Below are positions 1 through 12,887 of a stretch of 64,000 nt of DNA, one piece after another; position 1 is the first letter of the stretch; each line of letters opens with the position of its first letter. The translations under genes were made by a program, and so were the position numbers. Below the pieces are notes generated by a model. That model was not told the origin of the DNA, ran no database searches, and was given only the letters and a program-made list of their open reading frames with translations. The stretch is taken from contig OZ316892.1 in NCBI GenBank assembly GCA_973895155.1, positions 29,828,932 through 29,892,931 on the forward strand. Reading direction: 5' to 3'. Source of the stretch: Marsupella aquatica (taxonomy: Eukaryota > Plantae > Marchantiophyta).

Positions 1-883
1 AAGATAGCTTGGGCCGACTCCCGAGTGACAGAAAATGGTGCATTTGACTGTGCTAAGAAATCATTTTTGATAGAGGGCCAGGTTTTGCTCTCTCCTATTT
101 TTCATTTTGTAAAGGATGAAGAATTTTTATTTTTTTCTTGGGAGTATTATTGTGTTTGATTTCAGGGTCGGGTTTATGGTATTGTACTAGATTCGCATGA
201 ATATTCAGAAAATAGAAATTGTCATAGCAGTCTCTTCCAACTGCTGTCATGGGAAACTCCATCATGTTCATGACACCGCCATGCAACTGAAATTTGCTAT
301 TTTTCCGCTTCAATCTCCTAATAATTCCGGCCATTAAAATGCACAGTGTCGTGGCACAAGTAGCTAAATTAGGAGGATTGAGCTCAGTGTATACCTCCTT
401 AATCCACGTTCTAGTCTTTCGGGCTAAAACAACATTCATATATCAATTCCAGTCAGAGAAATCACGCTTGTTCAATTTTGAGATAATGCACATTCAACAT
501 CAAGGGACTGGAAATATGCACCGCCGTGAAATAAATGCATATTTAGCCGCTCTTCATCAGCGTATAATATTCATATTCAAATTCAAAATTGCACAAAAGT
601 GGACGAACTTGTCGTCTCAAAACTGTACGAATATCTAATTATGAGCTTCATGTCATAAATACTAAGGTCCGTGAGGTTGATCATTTTGCTTGCCATGACA
701 ATCTACTACGTACGTACCCTGAGCTACTGCGAGGTTCAAATGAGCACGGCGACGAACTTCTGAGAGTCTGAACTTACGTACTACACAATACTCTTCGTTG
801 TCCACGGTGGAACTCCGGTGGAACTCCGGGACAGTGAAGAGTTTTATATATAAAGGCAAGCGTCGGGCTTCTCAGACAGCTTC

Positions 884-2272
884 TCAGATCCACAAAGTTT
901 CCTCACTCTCTGAATCCGAAATGGTTTGGATACGCTCATTGTTCTTTGACGCTTGTTGTTCTTGGATATTGTGACCTATACCCTGAGGTGACAAGCGTCC
1001 TACAAAAGCCTCAATTGCTGGTGCAAGGTGTGAAAACACCTCCTTCAAAGTCGCAATTCTGGACTCTTCAAAATTCCAGGCAGAGGGAACGGGGTATCTG
1101 CCACTGGAGTTATACTCCTCCAACTCCATTAAAGCTGTTGTGACAGAGTTGTACACTCGAATACCATATTTTTTCTTCAAAGACGATAACTGCTCATTTT
1201 CATGGTCGATTTCTTGCTACACTCCACAACAGGCCAGCGTTAGCACGAGGGCCAAAGACAATCCAGGTAAGTAGATAAGTACATTTGATTTCAAAGAAGG
1301 AATTTCAAAATCAGCTACAGGTCATCCTGTGAAGCTACGCAGTACAGAGACCCGTTTAGACGTATCTGAACACAGAGTGGTAAACTTTTATACAAGAGTT
1401 ACCTTCCACTTGCCGTCTTCAATCTCAACATTTTCAAACGGCTGAAAGTTGGGATTTCGTACAATGCCTTCCCACTTCGACAGCTCCTCCTTCATCTCCA
1501 TTTCCCAATTGTCGCCAGACTTAGATTTTCTCTTAAATTCTGCTGCCCAGGGAGTCTGATTTATGGAGCCCACGATCTTGAATCGAATGACAGGCGGTTT
1601 CAGTTTGCCGAGGCCTTTGTTTTTGCGAGCTTTTCCAATTAGCCGCTTCGCCTCCGTTGAATCTACAGCTTGCACCATCTGATAAAAACCGTTTTCCAGG
1701 GTGAGATCATCATGCAATTGCAAGGATACCAATTCAAAGGCAGTGGCGCGATATCCAAATCATACCTCAGCAGCCATTTTGCGAGCTTCGGAAAGCTCAT
1801 CATTGGACTTGTGAGCCATTACAGTGAGGGTGTTAATCGTGTTCTGGAGAACTTCGAGGTCTTCTGCTTGAGAGTCCTCCTTTGCGACTTTCTGAAACAT
1901 GCTTCCAGCCTGAATCCACTTGTTTAGTTGCTGCTTTTGCAATTCAAACTTTTGGTCTCTTGCAAGCCGGAGTTGATTCTTTCGTGCCTCTTCAGCTAAT
2001 CTTAGAGTCTCTTCCTGCAGAGATAAACGCTTTTCAGACTTCAGAAAACTCATCCTATTATATAGATGGAATTCCTATTTACGTACGCATTCTCTAGATT
2101 CCAGCGACCTAAGGAGTTTTAATTCCAAGCCCGATTCCAAACTATATATAGTAAGTTACAATATATCATCTCCTAAACTCTCACCTCATGCTTCTGAGCT
2201 AGTTCGAGCTGCTCAGTTTGCCACTGTGTCAACAAACTCTGATGCGGTGTTAACATGTCGCTCAAGTGCTGA
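884..2272 (-). CDS. Coiled-coil + XH-domain protein (IDN2/FDM-like), copy 1; spliced, 5' structure uncertain
   Basis: In-frame GT-AG exons ~2053-1766, 1678-1403 and 1216-884, plus a likely upstream exon 2272-2185. Translation has XH motifs: FKIVGSINQTPW, SKWEGIVRNPNFQPF, QEIDHENEQLSSLKKKYG..VYNSVTTALMELEEYNSSGRYPVPSAWNFEESRIATLKEV. Confidence 0.8.
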
Positions 2273-3225
2273 TCCTGCGAAAATGATAGGAACTGTTAGT
2301 GCTCTGAAAACACGTACTAATATTTTGCCATAACAAAGCATCTTTCGGTAAGAGGATTGAGTGACCGCTACCTCCAAAACCTCCTCCGCTACCGTTTAAA
2401 GGTAGAAAGGTGCTATAATTATCTCCTGAAGACCACCAAAGCTCCTGAACTGCCTGGACACCACGCTCCGCTCCGCCTCCTCTTAGGATGTTGACTTCGA
2501 TCGCCCACCGGCACCTCGTTTCTGCGATGCTGATATAGAAAAGATCGAATTTAACTCTATCGGATTGGCAGAGACCTGATGTGGACCTAACTTCTGACAG
2601 CGCTCAGTGATCGGCACGCTCCTGCACTTCTGATAATATGTCGAGCCTTTACAAGTGAGGGAGTTTTCAGTAGAACTTGATTGACCCAAACTTAGGGGAG
2701 CGTATATATAGAGAGGGAGGGACGAGATTAGCCCCGGGTGAGCAGGGATACTTTCTGCTAGTTCACTCAATTAGTCAGTGTCAGAGGACACTTAGTCTCT
2801 AATGATCACTCTAATCAATATTGCCTTGGGAGGAGAAACTACTGTACATGCTTTCCGCTAGTCAGCGTTAAAGGACACTTTGTCCTCTACTCACCGATGA
2901 ATACTCTAAGTAGGGGCCTTATCAGTTATCACTCTTCGTGATAGTGGGGAGCACTTGAGCACTCTTGTCCTTAATTCCAAGAGAAAGTTCATGACAGAAG
3001 AACTGCAGAAGTTGACACTTATTAGTAACTGCACACCAAATTACAACCAGTGACCACAGCGTGATGATATGAAGTGCTCCAAAACGAAAATAAAAAACGA
3101 CATCCTCTCGCTTATATAGCTCACTTAGTAGGGCAGATTGTGTTTGGGCTAGAAACATATGCGGAGCATAGCTGTCCAATTGAGAGGCTTGTGTCCTGCT
3201 GAATAGCGGATCACTCTGTTACTAA

Positions 3226-3804
3226 TATAGCATGAGCATGCTTCATTTTTTGTTTTTTAGTGATATACAGGTGTTCTAATGAAAATATAAAAGGACATTG
3301 ACTAGGAAGAAGTAGAGTCTATGATATTGAAACTTGTGCAAATAAGGTACAAAAATAAAACTACACATGTAAAGCAAAATACTAATGAACAAGAAAGTTT
3401 AAGTTTATGGTATTGAGATGTGCATATAATGTACATGAATAAAGATATTTATGTACTTTACTTAATTTAGGTACATAATGACACTCAAAATAATTAAAAT
3501 CATAAATTTAGGACACAAAAACATGAGTAGTACTTAAAGACATAAGGTGTGCACATTATTTAGGTCATATCTTCTGTGCTCATGAGAATAAGGGCTAGAA
3601 ATCCAACGAGCTTGTTACAGGGTGGATGATCTTTTAGCAACAATGCTCATGAAATAATTTTAAGAAATTAGAGGGGTGCCAGAATAAATTTGAAATCTAA
3701 ACTATACAAGGGATGCACCTTGGTATGACACATTGAAATAAAAATGCATAACAAAAAAAATTTGAATAAGACAAAATATTGAAAGTTGCATTCACCATTA
3801 TAGC
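3226..3804. repeat. AT-rich dispersed repeat specific to block A
   Basis: Absent at the paralogous site ~17650. Starts tatagcat, ends attcaccattatag, and is similar to 9515-10070. Confidence 0.5.
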
Positions 3805-6800
3805 AGCTTTAAAAAATTTAACAGTTGCTGTTGGAAAGAAGGTGCCAGGTGGGGAGAGGGAAACTTCAAATGATAACAGTCCCCACCCAGGCACCCGCCA
3901 TTCCCCCAAAAAACCACGGAACCAAATATATGAAGAGGGCACTCAAAAGTGAGCTTATATAGTTTATACTCTATTAACGGAAATCTACAACTAATCATGA
4001 TCTCTCTAGGACACAGAACCCAAAACAAGGTAATTGTGAAAAATATACCATGTGGAGCAAACAAGTAAGTCTTCGTTGTGCTTTGGCAATATGTTAAAAT
4101 GTGTGATTTCCCTAGAACATAAACCAAGAGTATTTGTGAGTGCAAATAAGTTCGTTTGGCAATAAGATCAATGTATATGTTTCTAGAACTCAAACCAAAA
4201 CCAAACATTTGCTAGTAAACCAAGTGGAGAACAAATATGTGTCGAGTGTAACTAGCAAATGTGTGTCGTGACTGTCTTCTGGCGGTACCATAAATGTAAG
4301 GTGAATGGCATAACTGCACAAGAAAAACCTGAATGGACGGTCAGCACATGTCCTGACACAGACGGAATTAACGGGGGCTCGAGAATGATGCTGCCTGCCT
4401 CTGACTCTCTGAGTGAATTAGATCATCAGAGTCTCTTGAGGGCTGCATGGCAGTTGGTTGCATCCTACCTAATAATATCAGGGCCAACTTCCGTCTGGCA
4501 AATAAACACCGAAACTGTAGGCAGTAGGTCTCTCTTTTCTTCTCGCTGCCTGTGTCTGATGATTAAAGTGCAATTATCGTTCCGTCTGGCAATTAATAAC
4601 CAGTTTCTCTCCTTTCTTAATTCTCGCTTACCGTGCCTGATAATTACAAGTGCATGCATCTTTCCCGTCTCGCAATTAAGCTGCAGTTTTTCTCTTTTCT
4701 TCTCGCTTACCGTGCCTAATAGTTAATTAAAAGTGCATCGATATACGGCGCAAGCTTTCAATTCTATGGGAAATGTGCCTCTTTGTTGCCCTCCTGCCAA
4801 TTTAGATCGAACAACCAGCGAATATATTGAAGGAGCAGGATCTCGGATCTTCGATTTTAAGACGGAGGAACTGCTTGCTACCACAAAAGACAATCTGGGA
4901 AAGCGCAAGACTGTCAACAGTTTCATCTGCTTCGTAAGTGGAGGCGACGTCGAGACACATAGTGTACAGGATCCCGGCAACGAAGCACTATCAAACCAAG
5001 TGATTTACAGGATCCCGGCAACAGCACTGTCAAACCAAGTGATTTACAGGATCCCAACGTAGCACTGGAGATTTGCACAACTACCACCAACGGACCTAGC
5101 ATTTGGTAGACCCGATGCAATGAACATTAGCCAGAATCTAAAGGTCCGCCTTAAATCTAGGGAGATCTGACGGTCAGAAAAATAATTAAATACAGAACCT
5201 TTTGAGCATCTTCTCCTTGACACACTTTACATTCGCCACCTTGGCGAAAAAGTGAAATCCTTAAAAAATACACTGCCCACCACGACACATCTATGAACTA
5301 TGGGGCCTGGGCGAAGATACTCTTCAAGTCCCACTTGTTCCTCCAGGTCTTTCGTGATCTCCAATCTCACGGTCAGGGAAACTGCATTGCAAACTGACTT
5401 ACACCAACCCATTGACCGGAACCCAGCCAAAACCTGATCACTGGCCTGTTTTAGGAGTGTGCTCCTTTGGTTGTAATCTCTAAATTACTTGTTAATCACT
5501 GGTCGATTTTTAGGAGTGTGCTCCTCTAGCTGTAGTCTCTAAATTACTTGTTACTGTACTTACTCTCTAATTGTAGTCTCTAAATTATTTGTTACTGTAC
5601 TTACTCTCTAATTACTTCTAAGAGAGGCCCAACTTCTACTCTCTAATTACTTCTAAGAGAGGCCCAACTTCTTCCCTGGTACCTGTCTCCCCGGGTTTAG
5701 CACTTCCACCTTAGGTCCCTTGGGCTGGTGTCCCTTTTTTGGGTTCCTTTTTTGTATCTATTTGAATGGATTTCATTTGGGTTTTCTTTTGGGGGGGGGG
5801 GGGAGAAATAGTATGTAATAGTTTCGTAGTTAGCAGATCCTACCACCTCCAATAGCCCCGACCGGAATGCAACGAGCATGTACGAGCTATCCGGGGGATA
5901 GAATTCATCGTGTCAGTACTTTATTTCCAGTTCTGCACTAATGTGTGCTGAGGCACGAGTTTATGAGTGACCTACGAAAGTTTGATCACATATACTTTCT
6001 CTGAGACACCCCACCATAATAGAAACCCACGACAGTCTATTACAGCCGATCAGAAATTTGGTCAAAACTTTGATGTAAATACGAGGATTTGCTGTTTCAT
6101 ACTGGAATACGGAGTAGTAACAGATTTCCATGTCGTTCAAGGTTTCTGGTCTTGTACTCAATTCGCATGCATATTTCAGAAGTTATCATTGATAGCAGCC
6201 GGCAGTTCGAAATGCTGTCATGGGAAACTCCATCATGTCCATCGATCACAGCCATGCAACAGATATTCGCCCTCCAACAATTCCGGCCAGCTATTCGTCT
6301 TCATTCATTTCGTTCTGTGCAATTCGTTCTCTGATTCTCTATTCTTTAATTTCGCCCTGGCTTGACATCACCACACATATTACAGAACAGTGTTGAGAGT
6401 GCCCCAGAGCCTACACTGAATTCTTAACTATCATAGTGTGGAAATTTTCAGTTACACTTGACTAACCGGGTGAGAAGATACACAGAGAGAGGGGAGGAGG
6501 TTACCCCCTGGTGACTAGACGTGGATAAGCAACATACTTAGAGCCGTTCACCTAATTAGTCAAATGCTACAGGACAGTGATGCCATCTAGCTCTAGTCAC
6601 CAACGATCACTCTAATCAGAGCCTTATCAGTCGGCGTGATTGTGGGAGCACTTGATCTATTTTGTGCTAAATTCCAACTTACCCATAGGATGTAGCTCCA
6701 TGGATATGATTGTATTAATATGTCATTGTGGGCAGCACAATCATGAACAAAGGATAGGCTTGCAGGCCAGCACTAGATCTGTTCATACCGCCGCCATGGC

Positions 6801-9015
6801 GCTGCAAAGCACAGCTCCGCTAGGACCGCTACTGCCAACGCAGCTATGCTGACACTTCAGTTATGGGGCTCGAATGCACTCCTACAAGAATTACCGTAAA
6901 TCAGTAAATGTTGATCAAAAATGTAAACCCTCCTTGTGATTCTTCCTCTGGATTTTCAATGAAGTTTTATGGCCATAGACCCCCTAGCCAACCTTATCGC
7001 AGATTCTCTAATTTAAATCTCTTTGTTGCTAACTGGGATTGAGGCCTCCTCCTCATAATCTGGGCCTAGCCCTCTTTGGCCTTCTTAGGGTCTCTCCCTT
7101 TTCCTCTTTTCCCCCTTTATTGGGCCTTTGGCCTTTCGGATAATGTCTCCTGGTTTGGCTTGTTGATTCTTTGGCAGTTTGATATATATATTTGTTAAGT
7201 CTAATTAACACTAATTGAGGCCTACTCCTCCTAAGCACATTCTGTAACTCCCCCCTCCTCTGCAAGATTCTTCAAGTTTCTCCAATAAACAAGAGCTTCT
7301 ACAATGCCTTGTAAAAGGGAAGTTACTCTACTAAAAAAACCCTCCTCATGAGACTTCCTTTGTATTTTCAGTGGAGGCTAGGTTATGGGCCATAATCCCA
7401 TTGCCACCCCGCCGGCAAGGTTCCTAGACTTAAATCCTTGCTTAAATCTTTCTGTTAGAGACACAGATCAAGGCTGTAACTCCTCTTAAACATAATTTTT
7501 CAAAGTAATTCACAATGAGAATTAAGCTTGATAACCCATACTTAGGCTGTTCCCAGTTTAGGGGCTTTAATTTAATCCCCACCGGCTCACCGCCTTGGGG
7601 ATTACATTCCATAAACCCCTCCAGCCCACTGACTGTAACTAAAATGAAAAAGATAACCCGCTAACCTTCCATCCAAACAAGCAAATTTTGGGGCTGTCAC
7701 CACAAAATCTATGTTATATGCTCACTGTAAGGGTTTCTAGGTTGCACCTCCCATGTGAGTACTCCCTTCCCCCCTCCCGCAAGTCTGATCTTTGGTATTT
7801 ACTAGATTACATCTTTTAGGCAATGAAGTGTGTTATGCAATTATGGACCCCTAAATGCCAAACCTCTTTCATGGAATGGCGCATTCAACAACTTTTACAT
7901 AACAATGTCTTTCCTTCACATAATCTTTTGTGCAAGTACATTTTATGCAAGGATATCTTTAATTTGTGCAAGGACATCTTCTACCCAATGCACCCATATT
8001 GAGCAAATGGTTAACTAATATGGTGACATTGATACTCAAATCTCCACAAAAATACGATATGTTCTTTCATTTACATGGTTGTATCGTTGCAAATTAAATG
8101 TTAAGTAGTCAATGTCAATTTAGTGAGTACTATGAGTTACTCAGGGTGGAACCCTCCTCCATTCGAGCATTCCAGTTCTTTATAGGAGGAACTTACAGGT
8201 AAAGACTTGATGGGGGCCCTGCAGGGAAACAAATCCCTGACAGGGCCATTCGTTTTGAACTGCCAGAACTTGCTGGGCCCCCAGTCCCTGCACCCCAGCC
8301 CCCCTCGAACCCTTGGAGTTGCTTCACAGTTAACCTGTGTGGTACCTCCCTCTGGGTATCCCATTTGTCCCTACCAGCATATTTCTCAAGGTTTATCCTT
8401 TAATTTTGCCACCCAAGAATTTTAGGTGGTGTGGAATAGAAGATTCTAGTAATATTCCCTATGTAACGTTCTTAGATTTATGTTGGACCATTAGATTTCC
8501 CTAGATTTAAAAAAAAACCTTGAGATTCTGTGGCTAGGTAGGAAAGTGGCTAATGGAGACAAAAACACAACCTAATTTTTGCCAAAAATGGTCTATTTTT
8601 AGTGGGGTGGAATTTGGCGAATTTGGCATTTTGAGACATAAACAATGCACTCCCTGCCCTCCTTCCAATAGTGACTGTGCTATCTAGCCCCAAAAATCTC
8701 TTGTTCTTGTCCCAATATCTAGTGAAGGGCACAAGGTTTTTGAAACTGCATTGGGAGGCTGGTAGGGACAAGAGGGCTACAGGATACCAGGCACATTAAC
8801 TATGAAGCATTCCAAGCCTTATAGAGAGGCCAGGTAGCAGGGATTGTGCAGGGGCTGGGGGCCAGAGAAATTCCTTTCAAAAGCAGGGGACTCGCCCATC
8901 AAGTATTTTGTTGGGGAACTTGTGGAGGCTTTTGGTGATTGATTACCTCTGTCGAAAAGTAAAAACCTCAAAAAATACATTGCCAAATGTAGGAAAAGTG
9001 ACAGCATCTTGAAAA

Positions 9016-9262
9016 CTCGGGGGGGTTACTATATGAAGGGTCATACATCACGTGCGACGGTTTAGGTCATTTGTGACCCCCCTAAGTCACTTTCTAGAAA
9101 GTTGTATGGCACCAATCATGTGATGACATGTATGCATTTTGCAATTAAACAACCATATATTTCCATAGAAGACTTAATAAATCTTCCGCCAAAACCATTT
9201 AAATGACCCTATACTTCGTCGCACATGATATGCCACTTCCATGGAAGTGATCTCCCCCCCAG
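9016..9262. mobile_element. MITE with CTYGGG...CCC(A)AG-type termini and 8-bp TSD
   Basis: cttgaaaa at 9008-9015 and 9263-9270. Imperfect TIRs (atcacgtgcgacg..ggtcattt / aaatgacc..cgtcgcacatgat). Confidence 0.75.
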
Positions 9263-9514
9263 CTTGAAAAGTGGGGCCGACAATGATTATAGTTCTACTT
9301 GCCTCATATATCAAATTTTGATACCACACCATGACTAGGGTGGTATCTTTTGGGCCCACTAGAATCAAGTGTGGCCTGCCGGTTGTGGGAGTCCACAATG
9401 GGCGCCATCGCTGGTACTTCACTCTCGTTACAATTACAAATCAATGGCCAGCCTTTAATGTCAATCCACATGGTTCATTTGTATTCCCCCGTCCCCTTTC
9501 AATGTTAGCAGGGA

Positions 9515-10220
9515 TATAGCATATCCTAGAACATGCCTCTTTTTTTTGTCTTGTACTGATATGTCATTCATTTGATTTCTTTTATGATAAGAAAAATATA
9601 TACATGTAAAATATATACCAAGAAATTAATATCTGTTAATTAAGAGAAAATATACATGCAAAGAAAAATACATTATGACCAAGTAAGTACAAAGAGTACT
9701 AAAGAGTTGTGCACATACATTATACATTTTCACTTGCTTCTAGGTAATGATAATCCACTCAATTAAACCATAAATTTTGTAGAAGAAACTGGGAGGGTAA
9801 CTTAGTACACCAAATGTGCACATAATTTAAACTCATTTCTTTCATTTTTATGAGAAAAAAATAATTCACTAAGGAGTGACTGAAAAGGAAAGATTAAACA
9901 TTTATGAGGGGAGCCAAATACTGCAAAATATTTTAAGTTCACTAAAATTAAAAGGGGTCCAAAAGTTAATTAAAAATCATATTAATACAAATGATTCACC
10001 TTAGAGTTTAGGCACATTAAAATAAAAATACTGAACACAAAATCTGAAATGTATTCACCATTATAGTGATATAGGATGTTTTTTTTATGTTGTAATGATA
10101 TGTAATTCATTTAATTTATTTTCTGATAACACAAGTAGGTACATATAAAAATATATGCCAAAAAATTAATATTTGTTCATTAATAGTGAGTGACAGATGC
10201 AGAGAAAAACACATTATGAC
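9515..10220. repeat. AT-rich insertion of ~1.3 tandem units of ~550 bp
   Basis: Absent from the paralog at ~25440. 10070-10220 repeats 9535-9680. Confidence 0.55.
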
Positions 10221-10993
10221 CAGACTGCAAATTGCTCTGCATGTGGGATGAGCCGTGGAGTTCACTTTAGTTCTTGAGATTTTGGGGGCTCTTTACAAAA
10301 ACATCCTTTGCAAGTGGCATGACCAATGGGATCCATTTAGTTCTTGAGATTGGGGGGGTGGGCCTTACAAGAATGAGAGAATAAAATCATGCTCCGCGAG
10401 TGGCATGCCCGGTGGGGGTACACTTTATTTTTAAGAGATTTGGGAGGCTTTTTACAAGAACGATGGGACCAAAAATGAAGGTCATTCGCGTGAATAATAC
10501 CGAATGTGGACTTGAATGGGTGTGCCACACAAAATTTGAGTACCTTTTTACAATTGTTCAGGACGGCTGAAAGTTATTAGTAAGTACAAAGCTTAGACAG
10601 GTTGACGTACTGTGGGAAGGGTGGAAATCTGGAATGACCCATATTCGTTCCCAACCCTTTTCTGGTGGAAATATTGATTGTGTGTTTGCACATGGTTGCA
10701 CGTGGTTGCAGATAATAAACTCATTTCCAATCAATTTCAATTCGATTGTTTGCCCAACTTACTTCTTGCATGAGCCATATTCTAGGCGTAATATCAATCA
10801 TGCAGATAAGTTCAGTCTCATCCTATATTAGCTGTATAAGTTGAAATGAATGACTACTTCTTGTCTGAGCTGAATTATGGAAGTCATGATTACGTTTGGT
10901 CCTTGCAGAATAGGCTACTGAGGTTTCACACATTGTTCTCTAAGTCCAGGCTCTAATTTTAACATCTTTCACCCTCGTTTTGACAGTGTGCAG

Positions 10994-12276
10994 TGTCTAG
11001 GCACCATGGAGGATTGAACTGGGGGGATCGTTTCAACATTTGTGTGGGGGTTGCTGGAGGTCTTTCTTATCTTCATGAAGAGTTACAACCATCTATCATT
11101 CAATGGAGATATAAAACCAAGTACGAATTCTTTTGGATACGAAATCTCAACCCAAAAATTGCTGACTCGTACGCACGAATTGCAGGGACTCTGTAAGTTG
11201 CCTTGTTTTGGGTCTGCTTAGTTATTTGCCTTGTTTTGGGTCTGCTTAGTTAATTCTAGACTAAGCTTGAGGTCTAGATAAATACTTCTTTGATGCATGC
11301 TACATACTAACAATCAATAATTGAATTGCTCAGAACGCTTGAAAGAGATTACAATATATCAGGGACCCATCTCGAAGCTTTTGTTAATTGTGTGCATTGT
11401 TCAGTGTGATTTGGATAGAGTGGATACTTACATCCAGAATATTATTCTACTGGCCAGTTCTCAACGAATGTCGACGTGTCTAGCTATGGCGTTGTTGTTT
11501 TATAGGTTATTTCTGGAAGGAAGTCCATTAACTTCGACCAGACACTATCTGATGAGGACAGAATACTTGTGCGCTGGCCGGGTATGGTCTTAATTACTTT
11601 TGCAATTTTATAGTTATAGATTGTTATAAGTTCAAGTTAATGACATCTAGCAGGTAAAAATCATGGTAGTAGTAATCCCGAATAGTCGCCCGCGTAATAG
11701 AAGTTGCAGTAATTCATGGATCGGTTGTGATTAAGAAGTCAGATGCATACGTTTTGTTTTTTTGGCATTTACTGTCAATGTGGTGACCCTACTATCCAGA
11801 TGATACTTGTGTTAATCAGCGAGAGACGATCTATGAGCTATGAAGACCTTGAATGGAGTTTAATATTTGATAAAAGGCTCTCAAAAAGGCTCCAACATTA
11901 TTCATTTGTTTTGGGCTGGAGAAAGTTCGGTGAATATGTACCTTAATAACTAAATTTGGTTAGATTTGTTTCTAACGTAGTTTACTCCTTCTGTGTGTAG
12001 GTTCAAAAGAAGCATAAACAGGGGTTATTGCTAGAGATCTTGCAACCCGAGTTGAGAGAGAACTATGTGCTAGATGAAGTCATGAGAGCCATCAATTTTG
12101 GTTTATTATGTGTACAAGAAGATCCAACAAGGCGCCCATCAATGTCTCAAGTAGTAAACATGCTCTTGGGAAATATGGATGCAGTGTACGAATATGAAAA
12201 TAACCAATGTGATTTGGAAGGACCATCGACTGACAGTAAGATTCAATATTCAAGTGACCCCTCTCAATTCTCATGA
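10994..12276 (+). pseudogene. Receptor-like kinase (CRK/SD1/LRR-VIII-like RLK/Pelle) C-terminal pseudogene
   Basis: LNWGDRFNICVGVAGGLSYLHEE, a frameshifted HRDIK region, DFG deleted, RIAGT, GYLHPEY..DVSSYGVVVL*, then GLLCVQEDPTRRPSMSQVV. No subdomains I-IV seen. Confidence 0.85.
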
Positions 12277-12887
12277 TGGAAGAATAGTTCTTTTTATGGT
12301 CTAGAATTGTGAATGGTCACTGACACAGAATTCCCCATCGCACCTGTGATTTAAGAAGAGTCCTGATGTCTCACTTCTCACTAAGTGAGAAATAGAACTC
12401 AAAACTTCAGAGACTCAGGTTAAAAGCTAGTGTGACATTTTAATTTTGGAATACATATCATATCTGGAAAAGAAACTAGACACATCATGAGGTCTGGACA
12501 GAGTTGTGGGTGCCTGGTGATGCTGTGAATAGTGGAGAATACAGTATGGTGACTTGAATGAATGGACCTGCCAGACATAACTGCATTACGTACGCTATGT
12601 TGGTCCTGTTCGCAACGGGATGCGCAAAACTCTATATTCATTGCCAGATTATCTTTGATTTGAGCTTCTGTGGCCTGGGATTGGAAAGACGCGATTTATT
12701 GGAATCTTCAAGTTGTTTTGATTCAACTACTAGATTAAAGTTCAGGCGACGTCGATTGATAGTTATTAGTAAGTAAAGCTCAGACAGGTTGACTGAAGGA
12801 TGGCTAGAAATCTGGAATCAACGATACTACTCACTCCCAGCCTTTTTCTGGTTGAATTATTGATTGTGCTTCTAAACATGCTTGCAG

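Larger units (their letters stand above)
1005..10500 (+). repeat. Segmental direct duplication, block A
   Basis: Collinear similarity to 15478-25710, from aaagcctcaattgctgg to aaaatgaaggtcatt, interrupted by copy-specific insertions. Confidence 0.9.

Noticed and set aside
4259-5062. 155-aa and 109-aa ORFs in block A
   Set aside because: Frames are not conserved in the block B paralog, which is also interrupted by the MULE.
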